Below, piece after piece: positions 63,501-64,000 of a DNA stretch of 64,000 nucleotides; position 1 is the stretch's first letter, and each line of letters opens with the position of its first letter. This stretch comes from an uncultured Acidobacteriota bacterium. GTDB taxonomy: Bacteria; Acidobacteriota; Thermoanaerobaculia; Multivoradales; UBA5704. The stretch spans positions 384,001 to 448,000 of the forward strand of contig CAVYRF010000001.1 of the NCBI GenBank assembly GCA_963770895.1, read 5' to 3'. Under the pieces are notes generated by a model that was not told where the DNA came from, searched no databases, and was given only the letters and a program-made list of their open reading frames with translations. The position numbers were made by a program, and so were the translations under genes.

Positions 63501-64000
63501 GCAGGAGTACCCGTTCGCCCTCCTCGCCGAACGGCTGCAGCCGGCCCGCGACGCCGGGCGCTCGACGCTGGTGCAGGTGAGCTTCAACTTCCTGCGCGGG
63601 ACGCCGCAGGGGCTGGAGGCGTTCGCCGTGGGGGCCGTCGGCGCGCGGGCGCGCGCCGGTTCCTGGACGCTGGAGGTGGCGCCGCTCGCGCCCCGCACGG
63701 CGCAGTTCGAGCTGGCGCTGGTGGCCGCGGAGGTGGAGGGCGGGCTGGCGCTCCTCCTCCAGTACGGCACCGACCGCTTCGACGGCGCCACGGCGGCGCG
63801 CCTGCTCGGCCATCTCGGCTCGCTGCTCGACGGCGTCGCCGCCGGCGCGGATACGCCGCTGAGCGAGCTGCCGCTGCTGACCGCGGCGGAGCGGGAGCAC
63901 CTGGTCGCGGAGCAGAGCCGCACCGCGGTGGAGGTGCCGCGGGGATTGTGCGCCCACGATCCATTCTTCGCCTGGGCCGGACGCGCGCCGGGCGCCACGG
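60574..64000 (+). CDS. NRPS loading protein: FAAL-ACP-condensation-(adenylation start); runs off the right edge
   Basis: Not in the ORF track. Manual translation from ATG 60574 (GGAGG RBS): FLQYTSGSTSTPKG, WLPVYHDMGLIG, CYGLAEATL, RTGDLG, PRTSSGK; ACP LGFDSL (~62360); C domain HHVVADF (~62940), VGYFVN. Confidence 0.95.
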   Translation, partial: MNVALHEPRSFHELLRARAAGDPGRWAYSFLAEGETESARLTYGELDAQARAIAVRLLQATSPGDRALLLYPPGLEFVAAFFGCLYAGVVAVPAYPPRSHRRSGRLAAIVQDARPATVLTTAALAARWAAAEGRPAELRSLGWIATDELPADLAAGWREPRTGRPSLAFLQYTSGSTSTPKGVMVSHGNLLANQEMIRLAFGQSEASVIVGWLPVYHDMGLIGNVLQPLYVGAPCVLMPPLAFLQSPARWLRAVSRYRATTSGGPSFAYELCAQRVSAEVRRDFDLSSWRVAFNGAEPVRADILDRFAEAFAPCGFQRQAFYPCYGLAEATLFVSGGEIQAPPVVREREGRPLVGCGRSWDGQRIVVVSPETLAPCGEAEVGEIWVAGPSVAQGYWGRPEASGEAFGACLAGGEGPFLRTGDLGFLAAGELFVTGRIKDLIIVRGRNHYPQDLELTAERSLPGLRPGGGGAFTAEVAGEERLVVVHEVERGAHVDPLAALQAIREAIAEEHDVHVHRVVLIRAGSLPRTSSGKVQRYACRQAFLHGALETFADAAPVPEGGAPQRRDPLEELLRDRIARALQVEPSQVSLQRSLPSLGFDSLMAANLKAELEAELGVAVPLVPLLEARGLTEVVDLLRAEGAVPAAAIPLAPGAAADSGGLPASHGQKALWYLQRLAPESAAYNVAAAAVLDAEPDAVLLQRALRALADRHQALRTLFPSERGEPVQQVQATLEPDCAAVDARGWSDGELSARMDAEVLRPFVLDAGPLLRVRLYRRPAGRPVLLLVVHHVVADFWSLCNLVTELGLLLGELAGGEPAGLAPLPLTYGDWARWQQRMLAERGEELWEGWRRRLAGLSALALPVDEPSPAVQSFRGAGRRLHVGGETAAAVRSLGRARGATLYMTLLAALQTALLRWTGQEDVAVGSPCSGRGDRRLFPLVGYFVNLLVLRSDLSGDPPFGGLLEKTRRVALDAFAGQEYPFALLAERLQPARDAGRSTLVQVSFNFLRGTPQGLEAFAVGAVGARARAGSWTLEVAPLAPRTAQFELALVAAEVEGGLALLLQYGTDRFDGATAARLLGHLGSLLDGVAAGADTPLSELPLLTAAEREHLVAEQSRTAVEVPRGLCAHDPFFAWAGRAPGAT

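Noticed and set aside
61210-63998. Long minus-strand ORFs (915 aa and others), and similar antisense ORFs across the window
   Set aside because: They mirror real genes; high GC depletes stop codons, and the translations show no recognisable motifs

Overview
High-GC bacterial DNA. Gene content (ADOP permease, secreted proteins with a 'LCL..RF.V..FWFF..N.E..KV..GC' C-terminal domain, Ala/Gly-rich inserts) suggests Acidobacteriota, possibly Thermoanaerobaculia; this is an inference. Left to right: a cbpA/dnaJ-clpB heat-shock operon with a HAIR-like operator; ferredoxin and a His-phosphatase; hemB-hemL-thiO-like genes; a ~2,240-aa mosaic surface protein; a nucleotidyltransferase gene pair; two ArnT-like glycosyltransferases; a BNR-repeat protein; RDD; pdxJ; an M1 peptidase; and a lower-GC two-gene insert. 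The standout locus (28.3-33.3 kb, minus strand) is a RiPP operon: a near-consensus sigma70 promoter, a 150-aa precursor with 28 Cys, a hairpin, a fused RRE/E1-YcaO cyclodehydratase, a SagB-type dehydrogenase and an Irp3/PchG-type thiazolinyl imine reductase, an enzyme I know only from NRPS siderophore pathways. It suggests a ribosomal poly-thiazole/thiazoline/thiazolidine peptide, possibly a metal chelator. Next come an apparently 5'-truncated S41 peptidase, a methyltransferase, a Vgb-like propeller protein and an immune-like island (SIR2-like-TIR plus nSTAND NTPase-TM-WD40, divergent from an alpha/beta hydrolase plus TPR-trypsin). From 46.8 kb is the left part of a lipopeptide NRPS cluster: PvdE/SyrD-like exporter, PvdQ-like acylase, GT2-deacetylase, ADOP permease, GT1, GT4, carbamoyltransferase and a FAAL-ACP-C-A NRPS running off the window. 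I saw no rRNA, tRNA, CRISPR array or transposase. All calls come from motif recognition by eye; no database search was run.
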